From a virus, in IMG/VR virus record IMGVR_UViG_3300025018_000121, positions 27,094-91,093 of that record: DNA of 64,000 nt. One strand, given 5' to 3'. Below the pieces are notes generated by a model. That model was given only the letters and a program-made list of their open reading frames with translations, had not been told where the DNA came from and did not search any database. Positions 20,988-31,071 of this stretch are shown in pieces; the first letter of the stretch is position 1; each line of letters starts with the position of its first letter. The translations under genes were made by a program, and so were the position numbers.

Positions 20988-20996
20988 GGAACAGTT

Positions 20997-21689
20997 ATGA
21001 ACAACACTTATAAAAGAAAAGATTTTAAAAAATCTGCACCAACAAAAAAGGGAGACTTTAACGTAAGTCTCCCAGATTCATCTTACGAACACAAATTACT
21101 AACCTCACACGGAGTAGCACGGCAGGTAATGACGTTCCCTTCTTTTTCGTTAGAGAATCATGTAGCAAACTTTGTATCTGAAGTGGACGGTTTAAAACCA
21201 AAAAGTGTTCCGAAACAAAAACAACTAGACGCAGTAAAGAAAGTATATGAGAACCCATTTAAAGCACCTTACGTTTTTTGTATTTCTGGTAATCCTAATG
21301 ACATGCGAGCTAAAATGCTGGCCGTTATGATTCTCAGTAGAGCAATACATTTATTCAGGTCACAAAAAGATTTAGACGAAAAAACGGTTAGGAAACTAAA
21401 GCACAAGTCTAGTCCTGTATTTCATAATGTAATGGGATGGTCAAAAAATCCGTTACTGGAAAGCAGTAATTCTCCTAGTCTTCTAGTTTTGTCTAATGTT
21501 CCAAAAGGCATGACTCAATACAAGCAAGAAAAACTAAGAGATATATTAGAGAAATACTCAGATGTTCCTAGAATTGTTGTGACTACTGGACATGACCCTG
21601 TTACTTTTTTTAACGGGTCTTTGTATATGTCTGTTAACTATGTCTGTTACCTGACAGATAAGATCGTGAAAAAATCACACGAAATTTAA
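20997..21689 (+). CDS. Hypothetical protein, possible degenerate helicase loader
   Basis: Directly upstream of DnaB; strand-helix pattern like a P-loop fold but no intact Walker A. Confidence 0.45.
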   Translation: MNNTYKRKDFKKSAPTKKGDFNVSLPDSSYEHKLLTSHGVARQVMTFPSFSLENHVANFVSEVDGLKPKSVPKQKQLDAVKKVYENPFKAPYVFCISGNPNDMRAKMLAVMILSRAIHLFRSQKDLDEKTVRKLKHKSSPVFHNVMGWSKNPLLESSNSPSLLVLSNVPKGMTQYKQEKLRDILEKYSDVPRIVVTTGHDPVTFFNGSLYMSVNYVCYLTDKIVKKSHEI

Positions 21690-21699
21690 GAGAGGGAAT

Positions 21700-23013
21700 A
21701 TGAAACTGTTTTCTAACCGTTTGGAAATGCAAGCCATCTACAATATCTGCGAAGGTAAAACTAAATACAGTAGTGTCATGCTTGCTTCGTTGAGCGAAGA
21801 CCATTTTCATTCTGAATACTCTAAAGAGATTATAGGCAGAATTAAACGTGTAACTCAGATTAATGGAGAGATACCTAACATAAAGGAAATCAGCGTAGAC
21901 CCTGTAATTTCAGAAGACTCCCGCAAAGCTATTTCCAAGTTTGAAGGGGACATAGTTGACTCCCGTCGAAAGTCTTTGAAAATAGTTAATAATCTTCACA
22001 AATACTATCAGATGCGAAAGCTTTATTTCCTGTCTGAAAAAATCAACGAAGCCCTTTTAAGAGATAAAGTAGATGTAGAAAAACTGGTAAACCAAACCGC
22101 ACAAGAAATATCTAAGGTATCTATAAAAATTGATTCGCAACAGCAGATGTTTAACCTTGGGGGTAACGGTACTTTTTCTAAGGTACTAAAGAAACTTACC
22201 AATGATGAAAAACCCGAAATGATTCCTACAGGGTTTTCAGATTTTGACAGAACTAACGGTGGTTTGTTTTATGGTTCTATGGTTTTGATTGGTGGTACAA
22301 CAGGTGGCGGCAAATCCAGTCTTGCTATTCAACTTTTGAAAAACATGGCGGAAAATGCGGAGAGTTGCGTATACGTTCCTCTGGAAATGACAGAGGTAGA
22401 AAGCGGCGCTCGATTAATGTCCAACCTATCAGGAATTAGTCTACTAAAGATACTTCAAAAGAAACTTACCCGTGCGGAGAAAAAGAAAGTAATTAGTGAA
22501 GGAAAAAAGTTTCATGCCAAGTTGAAGAAACAAGGCAACATGTATTCTATTATGTCACCTGAAGAAGACATGACAGCGGAGGAGATTTTGTTAATGCTTC
22601 AGCCTTACGGATTCCGCGTAATTCTGATCGACTATATTTCTCTGTTAAAAGGCGTAGATGGCGAAGAATCTTGGAAGCAACTTTCAAATGTTGCGCGTAT
22701 GTGTAAGATTTACGCGAAGACTCACAACATTATTGTTATTCTTTTGGTACAGATTAATGATGAAGGCTATATTCGTTATTCAAAAGGCGTAGAAGAACAC
22801 GCAAACAATGCTTGGTATTTTGTAGCGAATAAAGAAACCCGTGAAGCTGGCGTTTTAAATATTACTCAGAAGAAAGCACGTAACCAAGCCATGTTTGATT
22901 TTCAACTGGCTTTTGAAGCTGACGTTATGCGGATATACGATATGGATAAAAGCACGGCAAGCAGTAATGAAAGCGGAGACACTGAAGAACTAAGTGATAT
23001 GAGTGGTGACTAA
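21700..23013 (+). CDS. dnaB: Replicative DnaB-like helicase
   Basis: IPTGFSDFD, GGTTGGGKS, LEM, ILIDYISLL, LLVQIN, KARN. Confidence 0.9.
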   Translation: MKLFSNRLEMQAIYNICEGKTKYSSVMLASLSEDHFHSEYSKEIIGRIKRVTQINGEIPNIKEISVDPVISEDSRKAISKFEGDIVDSRRKSLKIVNNLHKYYQMRKLYFLSEKINEALLRDKVDVEKLVNQTAQEISKVSIKIDSQQQMFNLGGNGTFSKVLKKLTNDEKPEMIPTGFSDFDRTNGGLFYGSMVLIGGTTGGGKSSLAIQLLKNMAENAESCVYVPLEMTEVESGARLMSNLSGISLLKILQKKLTRAEKKKVISEGKKFHAKLKKQGNMYSIMSPEEDMTAEEILLMLQPYGFRVILIDYISLLKGVDGEESWKQLSNVARMCKIYAKTHNIIVILLVQINDEGYIRYSKGVEEHANNAWYFVANKETREAGVLNITQKKARNQAMFDFQLAFEADVMRIYDMDKSTASSNESGDTEELSDMSGD

Positions 23014-23658
23014 ATGAAAGTTTTAAACGGCCCCGGTAATCCGATAACAGGCTCTACTTTAGCTTCGGACTTAGAAGATGAACAACTTCCGTTTGAAATT
23101 CTAGAAAGAATGAAAGAGATCGACGAAAACTTTGAGACACAAATCTTTGTTAAGAAAAGAAAGAAAGAGACAAAACAAATAAAAAAGAGTAATAAATTTC
23201 TGAATATTAAAGGAGAGTTGCCTTTCTGTATTCACTTACCAGAAAAAACTATTTCCATGTCTGGTAGCAAAAAAGAATGGGAGCAGCATAAAAAACAAGT
23301 ATCTAAGGAAATTGACGCAAAAACAACTGACATTATATCCGTAAATAAAAAATCTAAACATGCCTTTATCAATAAACTAGATCAGCACCAGAGAGACTTT
23401 GAAACTTTCTTTCTACATGAATTATCGCCCTTAGAGTCGGCGTTTGAACCTTCCTTAGATAACGTAAAACAAATACTAGAACTAATTACTAAATCAGAAG
23501 TAGACACTGGGGATTTGGGTACATTTAGAGCAATGCTGCGCGACGTTTTATATATTAAAGCTCTTGAATTCTTTGCAGATAAAGCTAATTTAAGTGAAAG
23601 TCAGCAGGCCATATTAAACGAGAAATACTTCAGGCCAAAGGAATTCAAAAAAGAGTAA
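23014..23658 (+). CDS. Hypothetical protein with MKVLN leader
   Basis: 214-aa ORF immediately upstream of terminase. Confidence 0.6.
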   Translation: MKVLNGPGNPITGSTLASDLEDEQLPFEILERMKEIDENFETQIFVKKRKKETKQIKKSNKFLNIKGELPFCIHLPEKTISMSGSKKEWEQHKKQVSKEIDAKTTDIISVNKKSKHAFINKLDQHQRDFETFFLHELSPLESAFEPSLDNVKQILELITKSEVDTGDLGTFRAMLRDVLYIKALEFFADKANLSESQQAILNEKYFRPKEFKKE

Positions 23659-23664
23659 AAGCGT

Positions 23665-26600
23665 ATGAAAACCTCAGATGTTAAATTTAGTAAAAGAAAA
23701 GCATTAGCAAAAGGAAAGAACTGTTTAAATTGTGCTTCCTTTTCCAAGTGCAGTAAAAGTAAAAAGTCAGGGTCTTATGTTTGCGAATCCTACAAGAAAA
23801 TAAAAGTAAAGGGAGAAAATGCTTTTTCTCTAGAGGATATGTTTGCTGATACTAATTTCCACGTAGCAGATGACTACTCAGACTTCGTTCCCATTGAAGA
23901 CGAACACGACTTTAAAAATATGGAAATTAATGTCGTTAAAATGATGGACGAAATCTTCGAGAGCGAAAATCCCTACCCCCGTGACTTAAAAATTGATGAT
24001 CGTGACTTACCGGAATTTAAAAATATTTATGAATACTTCTTTGACCCTGTTTATGGTCTAGCAAAAAATATGCAGCCTTTTTCTAGGCAGCTATGGGCTG
24101 GAGTAAAACTCTTTGGTGATTACTGCCCTATATGCTCAGACCACAAATTTATGGAGGACATTGAAAATTGCCCTATTTCTATGAGAGCAATTGATTTTCC
24201 AGAACATGTAGTATTTATGGAAAATGGAAAATGCCCTAAATGCAAAGGACATAAGTTAGACTTTGTTAAAAAAGGTTACATGAATTTTTATAGAGACTTT
24301 GCAGCTTGCTTAGGACAACGTTCCGGTAAGTCTGTGACTTTTTCTATGTTTAGTGGATATCATCACCACAAGTTTTTAAAAATGGGAAAGCCTGCTGAAT
24401 TATTAACAGGTCTGCCTAACGTAACTCTAACCGCAACATATACGGCAACAGATTTTAAAACTGCTATGGAAACCTTGTGGCAGCCTTTTGTAGATATTAT
24501 TGACGAATCGCCGTGGTTTAAAGCTTATCACTCTATGCTAGACCACTATGGTAAAAAATACGGCGAAGAAATTTATCGTTTTAAAGAAAGTTTCCTACAT
24601 TATAAACACACTAAAATGTTTACGTCGGCTGCTTCACCTAACAAAAGAACAATGCGTGGTCGTTGTTTAACAGGTGATACTCTTGTTAACACGTCACAAG
24701 GCACTATGCACTTTTCTGAATTTATTAAAGAAATGGACTACAATAAAACCGATCTACAGATTATGTCGCACCTTGGTGGGCGTACTGTAAGCCATACCTA
24801 CAAGTCAGAAGAAACAGAAACCTATAAATTAAGAACCCGAAATGGTTTTTCTGTAGAAGGTACTCCAGAGCATCCAATGCTTGTTTTAAATGAAGACCTT
24901 TCTATGGATTGGGTTACTTTAGATAAATTAAAAGTAGGGCAATGGATAGTATCAAAAACAAATAAAGAGAAAACCCTGTACGGAAATGCGAAGCTGTCTA
25001 AAACAGATGCTGAATTACTCGGATACTTTGTAGCTAACGGTTATAGGAATGAAGTTTCGACAAACGATCAAGACGTAGCCAACCGCTTAATTTATCTAGG
25101 TAAAAAGATAACTGGAGTAATTCCAACCCATACTAAAAATAATTCTTCTATTCGCGCAGACTCTTACAGGTTTATCTACAAAAACGGGGAGTCTAATTTC
25201 GTAAGAGACTACTTAAATCCTTTAGGGTATGACTTTAAAAATTCAAAAGATAAAATGATTCCTGCTATTGTCAGGATGGCCCCTAGAGAAGTTATGCACG
25301 AATTTTTGGAAGCTTATTTTAAATGTGATAGTGGTATTAATGGAGGCTCAAAAAATTCCCCTTCAGAAATAGAGGTGGGTTCCGCTAGTAAAAAACTGGC
25401 TAAACAACTACACGTTATTTTATTTAAAAACTACGGTATACTTGGAAGACTGACCAAGCACACTTTCTATGATAAACTGAACAAAACTACCGGAAACTTT
25501 AATGCAAAAAGAAACCATTGGACTATTACGATAACTGGTTACGACGCGAACCTATTTTTGCAGACTTTCAAGAAAGCAAAAGTTCAAAAATACAAAGATA
25601 GAATAAAAGACGTACCTAAAGGCTTTATGTCCGACAGAAGAAGTGTTCCTTATGTAAGAAAATTTCTTTGGGACTTATACGAAAACTCCCGACTGGTAGA
25701 TACATTAGGTAAAAGACTCAGAAGACTTATTGCAGAAAATGGCAGTGTAGTCTTAAACAATATCAAGCCCAAGTGTTTTGATAGGTTACGTTCTAGTAGA
25801 GATATTTACGAAGAAACGCCAGAATACTTAATTTACGGAGACGATTGGGATATTTTAATACCAAGAATTAAAGACCTTAATTTAAGCAAGGGTACTGCAC
25901 TTAAAGACTTTTTATCTTTTGAGGGGCACTTTGAACAAGTAGTTGAGATTAAAAAATCTTCTAAAAAGAAAACTGTATACGACGTTACCGTACCGGATGG
26001 CCATGCTTTTATTGCAAATTGTCTGGTTTCTCACAATACCCGTTTTGAATATGCAATCGACGAATTAGGCTGGTTTGATGCTTCAAGTGAATCAAAAGAT
26101 AAAGTACGTATTTCCGCAGATGAAATTTACGGCGCACTAGACCGTTCAATGAAAACAGTTATGTCTGCATCTAAAAGATTATTTCTACAAGGTTATAGTG
26201 GTACAACACCGGGAATGTCTTTTAATATTTCTTCGCCTTCTGCCTACGACGATAAAATTATGTCTATGTGCAGAATCCATAAAGACTCTAGAGTAGTTTT
26301 AGCGCTTCACTTACCCACTTGGAAATACAATCCTAAAGAGCCTAAAGAAAACTTCAGAAAAGAATACATGGAAGACCCTATAAAAGCTGAACGTGACTTT
26401 GGTGCTAATCCTCCTATGGCAGCCTCGCCATTCTTTGAAAACATTAACGCCATAGTTCCAAACTTCACAGACAAAGCAAATTTCGCAACTTACGAATATT
26501 CATTAAAGAAAGTAAATAACACACTTTATAAATCTGCTAAATTGAAGTTGAGTGTACGCGGCGATATTTACCCCTCAGTCCTCGCACTAGATGCTGGTTT

Positions 26601-27252
26601 TTCTAATAACTCTTTTGCTCTTGCTGTCGGCCACCGTAGAGAAAAAGAAACTATATTTACTACCCTTATTGAAATCATGCCAGATAAGGGTAAAAATGTT
26701 TTGAACTACAATTCTATCTTTGAAGAAGTAGTAGTCCCTTTAGTAGACTCATTAAATGTTCAATTTATTTGTGCTGACCGTTGGAACTCTTTATTCCTTT
26801 TACATAAATTAGAAGAAGATAAAAAAATAAAGCAAATGCAGTATAGCGTTAAATACGCAGACTTCAATTTATTTAAATCATACTCTGAGGGTAATAGAAT
26901 TCTATTTCCCAAAATGGAAATGCGAGCAGAAAAAGCATTAACTATTCCTAGCACAGAATACATAGAGAAGTTTACGTACAAACCCTGTGCCCATTTATTC
27001 TCTCAGATATTTACTGTTGAAGACAAAGGCCGCACTGTTGATAAAGGTAAAAACAGAACTGACGATTTATTTAGAGCTGTGGTATTAGCCTCTAGGTTCT
27101 TACTTGATGATTCATGGGTAGCTGAGAATCTTAATTTAACCAAAAGAAAAAACAGCAATATGGGAATCGTTGCACTGGCTAATGGTGCAAGCCCTACAGG
27201 CACTTTAGCTACGGCAACAGGTAAAGGAATTATTTCGTCAGGAGGTCATTAA
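23665..27252 (+). CDS. terL: Terminase large subunit containing an intein
   Basis: Walker A GQRSGKS, Walker B AIDE after the intein, ISSP, nuclease LALDAG, ADRWNS, TDDL; upstream of portal. Confidence 0.88.
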   Translation: MKTSDVKFSKRKALAKGKNCLNCASFSKCSKSKKSGSYVCESYKKIKVKGENAFSLEDMFADTNFHVADDYSDFVPIEDEHDFKNMEINVVKMMDEIFESENPYPRDLKIDDRDLPEFKNIYEYFFDPVYGLAKNMQPFSRQLWAGVKLFGDYCPICSDHKFMEDIENCPISMRAIDFPEHVVFMENGKCPKCKGHKLDFVKKGYMNFYRDFAACLGQRSGKSVTFSMFSGYHHHKFLKMGKPAELLTGLPNVTLTATYTATDFKTAMETLWQPFVDIIDESPWFKAYHSMLDHYGKKYGEEIYRFKESFLHYKHTKMFTSAASPNKRTMRGRCLTGDTLVNTSQGTMHFSEFIKEMDYNKTDLQIMSHLGGRTVSHTYKSEETETYKLRTRNGFSVEGTPEHPMLVLNEDLSMDWVTLDKLKVGQWIVSKTNKEKTLYGNAKLSKTDAELLGYFVANGYRNEVSTNDQDVANRLIYLGKKITGVIPTHTKNNSSIRADSYRFIYKNGESNFVRDYLNPLGYDFKNSKDKMIPAIVRMAPREVMHEFLEAYFKCDSGINGGSKNSPSEIEVGSASKKLAKQLHVILFKNYGILGRLTKHTFYDKLNKTTGNFNAKRNHWTITITGYDANLFLQTFKKAKVQKYKDRIKDVPKGFMSDRRSVPYVRKFLWDLYENSRLVDTLGKRLRRLIAENGSVVLNNIKPKCFDRLRSSRDIYEETPEYLIYGDDWDILIPRIKDLNLSKGTALKDFLSFEGHFEQVVEIKKSSKKKTVYDVTVPDGHAFIANCLVSHNTRFEYAIDELGWFDASSESKDKVRISADEIYGALDRSMKTVMSASKRLFLQGYSGTTPGMSFNISSPSAYDDKIMSMCRIHKDSRVVLALHLPTWKYNPKEPKENFRKEYMEDPIKAERDFGANPPMAASPFFENINAIVPNFTDKANFATYEYSLKKVNNTLYKSAKLKLSVRGDIYPSVLALDAGFSNNSFALAVGHRREKETIFTTLIEIMPDKGKNVLNYNSIFEEVVVPLVDSLNVQFICADRWNSLFLLHKLEEDKKIKQMQYSVKYADFNLFKSYSEGNRILFPKMEMRAEKALTIPSTEYIEKFTYKPCAHLFSQIFTVEDKGRTVDKGKNRTDDLFRAVVLASRFLLDDSWVAENLNLTKRKNSNMGIVALANGASPTGTLATATGKGIISSGGH
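24664..26037 (+). mobile_element. Intein (458 aa) with LAGLIDADG-type endonuclease domain
   Basis: MRGR|CLTGDT, GTPEHP block B, LLGYFVANG and FLEAYFKCDS, VYDVTV...SHN|T. Confidence 0.95.
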
Positions 27253-27287
27253 TAACTAATTTAATCCTATACAACAGGAGAGTTTTT

Positions 27288-27482
27288 ATGGAACGTATCA
27301 ACCCATTAAATGCAGAAGTTGCGTCAGAAAAAACTTCTGAAACAGCTAATCACAATTCAATTGATGACGTATCTATTTGTCCTGCTGACGGTTGTGGAAA
27401 GCCTATGCGAATTATGCGGGCTAATGGTCATAATTGTTTTGTTTGTTTGACTCACAGAATTGCACTGCCTTGCCCCGATTAA
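27288..27482 (+). CDS. Small Zn-ribbon protein with MERINPLN leader
   Basis: CPADGC...CLTHRIALP; AGGAG RBS; between terminase and portal. Confidence 0.7.
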   Translation: MERINPLNAEVASEKTSETANHNSIDDVSICPADGCGKPMRIMRANGHNCFVCLTHRIALPCPD

Positions 27483-27500
27483 TACCAAAAGGTAAATAAT

Positions 27501-29264
27501 ATGAAGCCGCTTAATAAAGTAGTGATTAAAGATAATCGAGTTGTATCTACTAAACTTGGTGGTAAAGGTACGAAAGTAGGCGCGTCCACAGAAGCAGGTA
27601 AAGAACAATTAGCATTTACCGGAACAGGTGGCGTACAAGGCGGAAGAAATTCTGTAAGCGTCTCGACAATTGGTACAGGCTCAGTAAAATATTTAGACAC
27701 TCTGTTGTCTGGTTTTATTGACGAAAGAAATGAAACGCAATTAAGAAATATATATCGTGACATTTATTATTATGACTCTGTATGTGGTGGGGCTGCTGAT
27801 ATGATAAGCACCCTGCCATTTTCTGATTTTTCCCTTAACGGTTTGGACGATAAAAAACTTGAAGTGTATCAACACGCAGTAGACCGTCTTAACTTAAAAA
27901 CACAGTTCCCTTCTTTTGCTTTAGGTTATTTAGTCGATGCAGAATATGCAGGTACTCTAGTTATGCAGGATAAATCCTTTACGGATATTCTGCCACACGA
28001 CATTCAAGACTGTAATATTGAGGACATGCCTTTCGTTTCACAAGACCCGTTAATTACAGTTTCTAAATCAGAAAAGCTTAAAAACTTTTTGGAGAGTGAA
28101 GCAGAAGTAATTAAGCGTCAGCGTAGAAACTATCCTGCAAAAATGCTGAAGGCACTAGAAGAAAATGAATTTGAACTTGACCCTTTGACAACAATTTATT
28201 TAGCACGTAAAGGAATTAATGGAAAACCAACTTCTTTCTTCAGGCGCGTACTTCCGTGGTACTTAATTGAGAAAACTCTTTTGCGGGGTACTATTGTAGA
28301 AGCTTCTAAACGTCAGCGCTCTGCATTGCATGTTGCTGCTGGCGGTGATATGTGGGAGCCAACACCTGAAGAATTATCTGCTATCGTTGCGCTTTTTCAA
28401 CAAGCAGACTTTGATCCTTTAGGCCCAACTATCGCCACAAGAAATGATATTCAGATAAATGAAATTCGCCAAGGCGGAGACTTCTGGAAAATTACAGATG
28501 TTATTGATACTACTAACCAATTAAAAATGAGAGCACTAGGAATTAGTGAAGCCTTTTTAAGTGGTGACGTTACTTACAACACTTCAGAAGCTGCATTGTC
28601 TGTATTCATTGAGAATATCCGTACTTTCCGTGACTACATGACACAACAAACTTTCTATCGTAAAATGTTCCCGCTTATTGCACATTTAAATGGATTCACA
28701 AAAAAGAAATCAGAAACTGCACAAACTCTTTCTTTTAGAATTAATGACACTACATCGTATGATATTCCACAAGTACGTTGGCATAAATCTCTGCACCCGC
28801 ACTCTGATAGAGACACTATGGAAATTCTTAATCAAATGGCAGACAAAGGAATTCCCGTTACTTTAAGAATGTGGGCGGCTGCCGGCGGTATTGATTTAGA
28901 TAGTGTTATTAATGAATTAGATCAGGACAAAAAAATTCGTGCCAGAATAAAAGAAAAGACTGCTGACATGGACAATGACGGCATGAATGATAATGCTGAA
29001 ATTGGCGAAGACAATTTTTCTTTTGCTAAACTCGCTCCTATTAGACGTATTGGTATGTTTGGTAGAGACTACGGCGAAGCTGCTGAAATTACAGGCACTA
29101 CTGTTACAGGTAAAAAGAAATACATATACAATCAAAAAGCTGCTAACGAAAAAGCTAACTGGCATATTGTTCAAGCCTTGTCTGCATTAAACGACCCTAG
29201 TCATTACATAGACACCAAAAAGAAAATTCAGAGTCGCTTAGGTAGAAGCAGGCGCGTGAGGTAA
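27501..29264 (+). CDS. Portal protein (probable)
   Basis: 587 aa after terminase; ALGISEAFLSG..YN..S motif typical of large-myovirus portals. Confidence 0.7.
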   Translation: MKPLNKVVIKDNRVVSTKLGGKGTKVGASTEAGKEQLAFTGTGGVQGGRNSVSVSTIGTGSVKYLDTLLSGFIDERNETQLRNIYRDIYYYDSVCGGAADMISTLPFSDFSLNGLDDKKLEVYQHAVDRLNLKTQFPSFALGYLVDAEYAGTLVMQDKSFTDILPHDIQDCNIEDMPFVSQDPLITVSKSEKLKNFLESEAEVIKRQRRNYPAKMLKALEENEFELDPLTTIYLARKGINGKPTSFFRRVLPWYLIEKTLLRGTIVEASKRQRSALHVAAGGDMWEPTPEELSAIVALFQQADFDPLGPTIATRNDIQINEIRQGGDFWKITDVIDTTNQLKMRALGISEAFLSGDVTYNTSEAALSVFIENIRTFRDYMTQQTFYRKMFPLIAHLNGFTKKKSETAQTLSFRINDTTSYDIPQVRWHKSLHPHSDRDTMEILNQMADKGIPVTLRMWAAAGGIDLDSVINELDQDKKIRARIKEKTADMDNDGMNDNAEIGEDNFSFAKLAPIRRIGMFGRDYGEAAEITGTTVTGKKKYIYNQKAANEKANWHIVQALSALNDPSHYIDTKKKIQSRLGRSRRVR

Positions 29265-29266
29265 TT

Positions 29267-30277
29267 ATGAATTATAAAGCTGATTTGAAATACGAAGTAG
29301 ACTATGAGGAATTTGAATTCTATTTAGAAAAAGCCAATGACGTTTATGTTATTGGTATTATATCTGAAACGCCCGTCCAACCTAACGAGTCTTTTATTCG
29401 TAAAAGACTCGGTACTCTTTTAATAAGAATAGAAGCAAACCTTAGACTAAAAGGTATTACTAAAATAGCCGCTGTAGTCCCAGAAGAAGACATTCATTTT
29501 TATTCCACTTTCTTTAACATGGCAGGTATTACTACATTTTTAATGTGCCGCTTTCCTCCCGACAATGAGTTCACAGATCATTATTTTATTTCAGACTCTG
29601 CCGAAAAAGACTTGAAGATTTATGAGAAATGCAGTGTAGTATTCAATATCTATAATCCGGATACTGAAGACGATATTGAAGCTACCGCAGATAATTTAGA
29701 AAATGAAAACATTGTTTATATTGAAGTAAAAGATATTGAGGACACTCAAATAGAAGGTGGCGACCCATTAAGTTTGGTGCGCGTATTAAAAGGCGAAAAC
29801 TTTAAGCGTAGAAAAAATGACCCTTATTCTACTTTCCCTGATGGCTCTGATCGTTTTACCAGAGAGCCTGAAACTTTTATGAGTAGAATGTTAGAAGCTA
29901 GGCCAAAAGATGACGCTCAAGAAATACGCCGCGTTGTTACTTCTAGTGTAGAGAATGTCCCACCACAAACTGTTAGAACCGAAGCACAAAAAGGTTTGGA
30001 TTACAGAGACAAATATAATAGAGGCGGAACTGCAATTGGTATTGCGCAGGCGCGTGACCTTTCTAACGGAAAAAATGTTTCAGAAAAAACAATCAGACGC
30101 ATGGTGGCTTTTTTTACTCGCCATGAAAAGAACAGAGTTCCCCCTAGTAAAAAGAAAAAGCCAGATGGAGGCCCTACTAATGGCTGGATTGCTTGGCTTC
30201 TTTGGGGTGGTGACTCTGGTTATGATTGGGCGCTTTCTCAGTTAAAGAAAATAGAGAAAGAAAAAGAATCTAAGTGA
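29267..30277 (+). CDS. Head-associated protein with conserved GGT..G...RM..FF.RH...WIAWLLWGGD domain
   Basis: C-terminal domain of a kind recurrent beside phage portal/protease genes; function unknown. Confidence 0.55.
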   Translation: MNYKADLKYEVDYEEFEFYLEKANDVYVIGIISETPVQPNESFIRKRLGTLLIRIEANLRLKGITKIAAVVPEEDIHFYSTFFNMAGITTFLMCRFPPDNEFTDHYFISDSAEKDLKIYEKCSVVFNIYNPDTEDDIEATADNLENENIVYIEVKDIEDTQIEGGDPLSLVRVLKGENFKRRKNDPYSTFPDGSDRFTREPETFMSRMLEARPKDDAQEIRRVVTSSVENVPPQTVRTEAQKGLDYRDKYNRGGTAIGIAQARDLSNGKNVSEKTIRRMVAFFTRHEKNRVPPSKKKKPDGGPTNGWIAWLLWGGDSGYDWALSQLKKIEKEKESK

Positions 30278-30287
30278 GGATTTATTT

Positions 30288-31064
30288 ATGCGTCAGGATT
30301 TTCAAGACTTGAGTTTAAGAGAGGCTGTCTACGCTGACGCCTTTATGGAAGGTAAAGCAATTGATATTCACAAAGAGGTACGTTCTAAGAATATTCAAAT
30401 TGCTACTAATGATATGGTTTTAAATAAAAGTTCCAACGTTCTTACAACAGAAGCAGAGCAGAAATTGGATATTACTAACTGGCTCCCTTTTGCTTCTAAA
30501 AAATATTTAATCAGCCCTGATATTAACGATTATATTTTTGTTCCTGTTTTGACTATCCCGTCTGACTTACCTAACAGAAATGGCGTAGCGTTTCCGTTGA
30601 AAACTCTATTGGAATTTAATGTTGATGCAGGCTGCCAAGGCTATAAAACTTTTAGAGGCAAGCCTGTACATTACGAACATCAAAATAAAGACCCGACGAA
30701 AGCAAAAGGTGTTATCGTTGATTCTTTTTTACGCCGTATTAATGGTTTTGGTGGTGGTAACGTCTGGAAGGTAATGTTGTTGCTTGCTATTGATAGAACA
30801 AAAGACGTTTCTCTTTCTAGTCAGATTATTAGTGGTGAAATGAACTCTTATTCAATGGGAGCTTACGTAGATAAATATACTTGTTCTTATTGTGGCTCCG
30901 ATGTTGGAAAATGCACTCACATTAAAGCAAATAGCCCTGTTAATTTTTACGAACTTAATGGCGACCTTGTATTTAAAAATATGCACGGCATGATGGGTTT
31001 TGAGTGTTCGTCTGTAGGCACGCCCGCTTGGAGTCCTGCTGCGAGTAATACTGTTTATATGTGA
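30288..31064 (+). CDS. Prohead maturation protease (probable)
   Basis: NRNGVAF, HYEH, SMG, CSYC..CTH, FECSSVGTPA. Confidence 0.75.
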   Translation: MRQDFQDLSLREAVYADAFMEGKAIDIHKEVRSKNIQIATNDMVLNKSSNVLTTEAEQKLDITNWLPFASKKYLISPDINDYIFVPVLTIPSDLPNRNGVAFPLKTLLEFNVDAGCQGYKTFRGKPVHYEHQNKDPTKAKGVIVDSFLRRINGFGGGNVWKVMLLLAIDRTKDVSLSSQIISGEMNSYSMGAYVDKYTCSYCGSDVGKCTHIKANSPVNFYELNGDLVFKNMHGMMGFECSSVGTPAWSPAASNTVYM

Positions 31065-31071
31065 GGCATTT

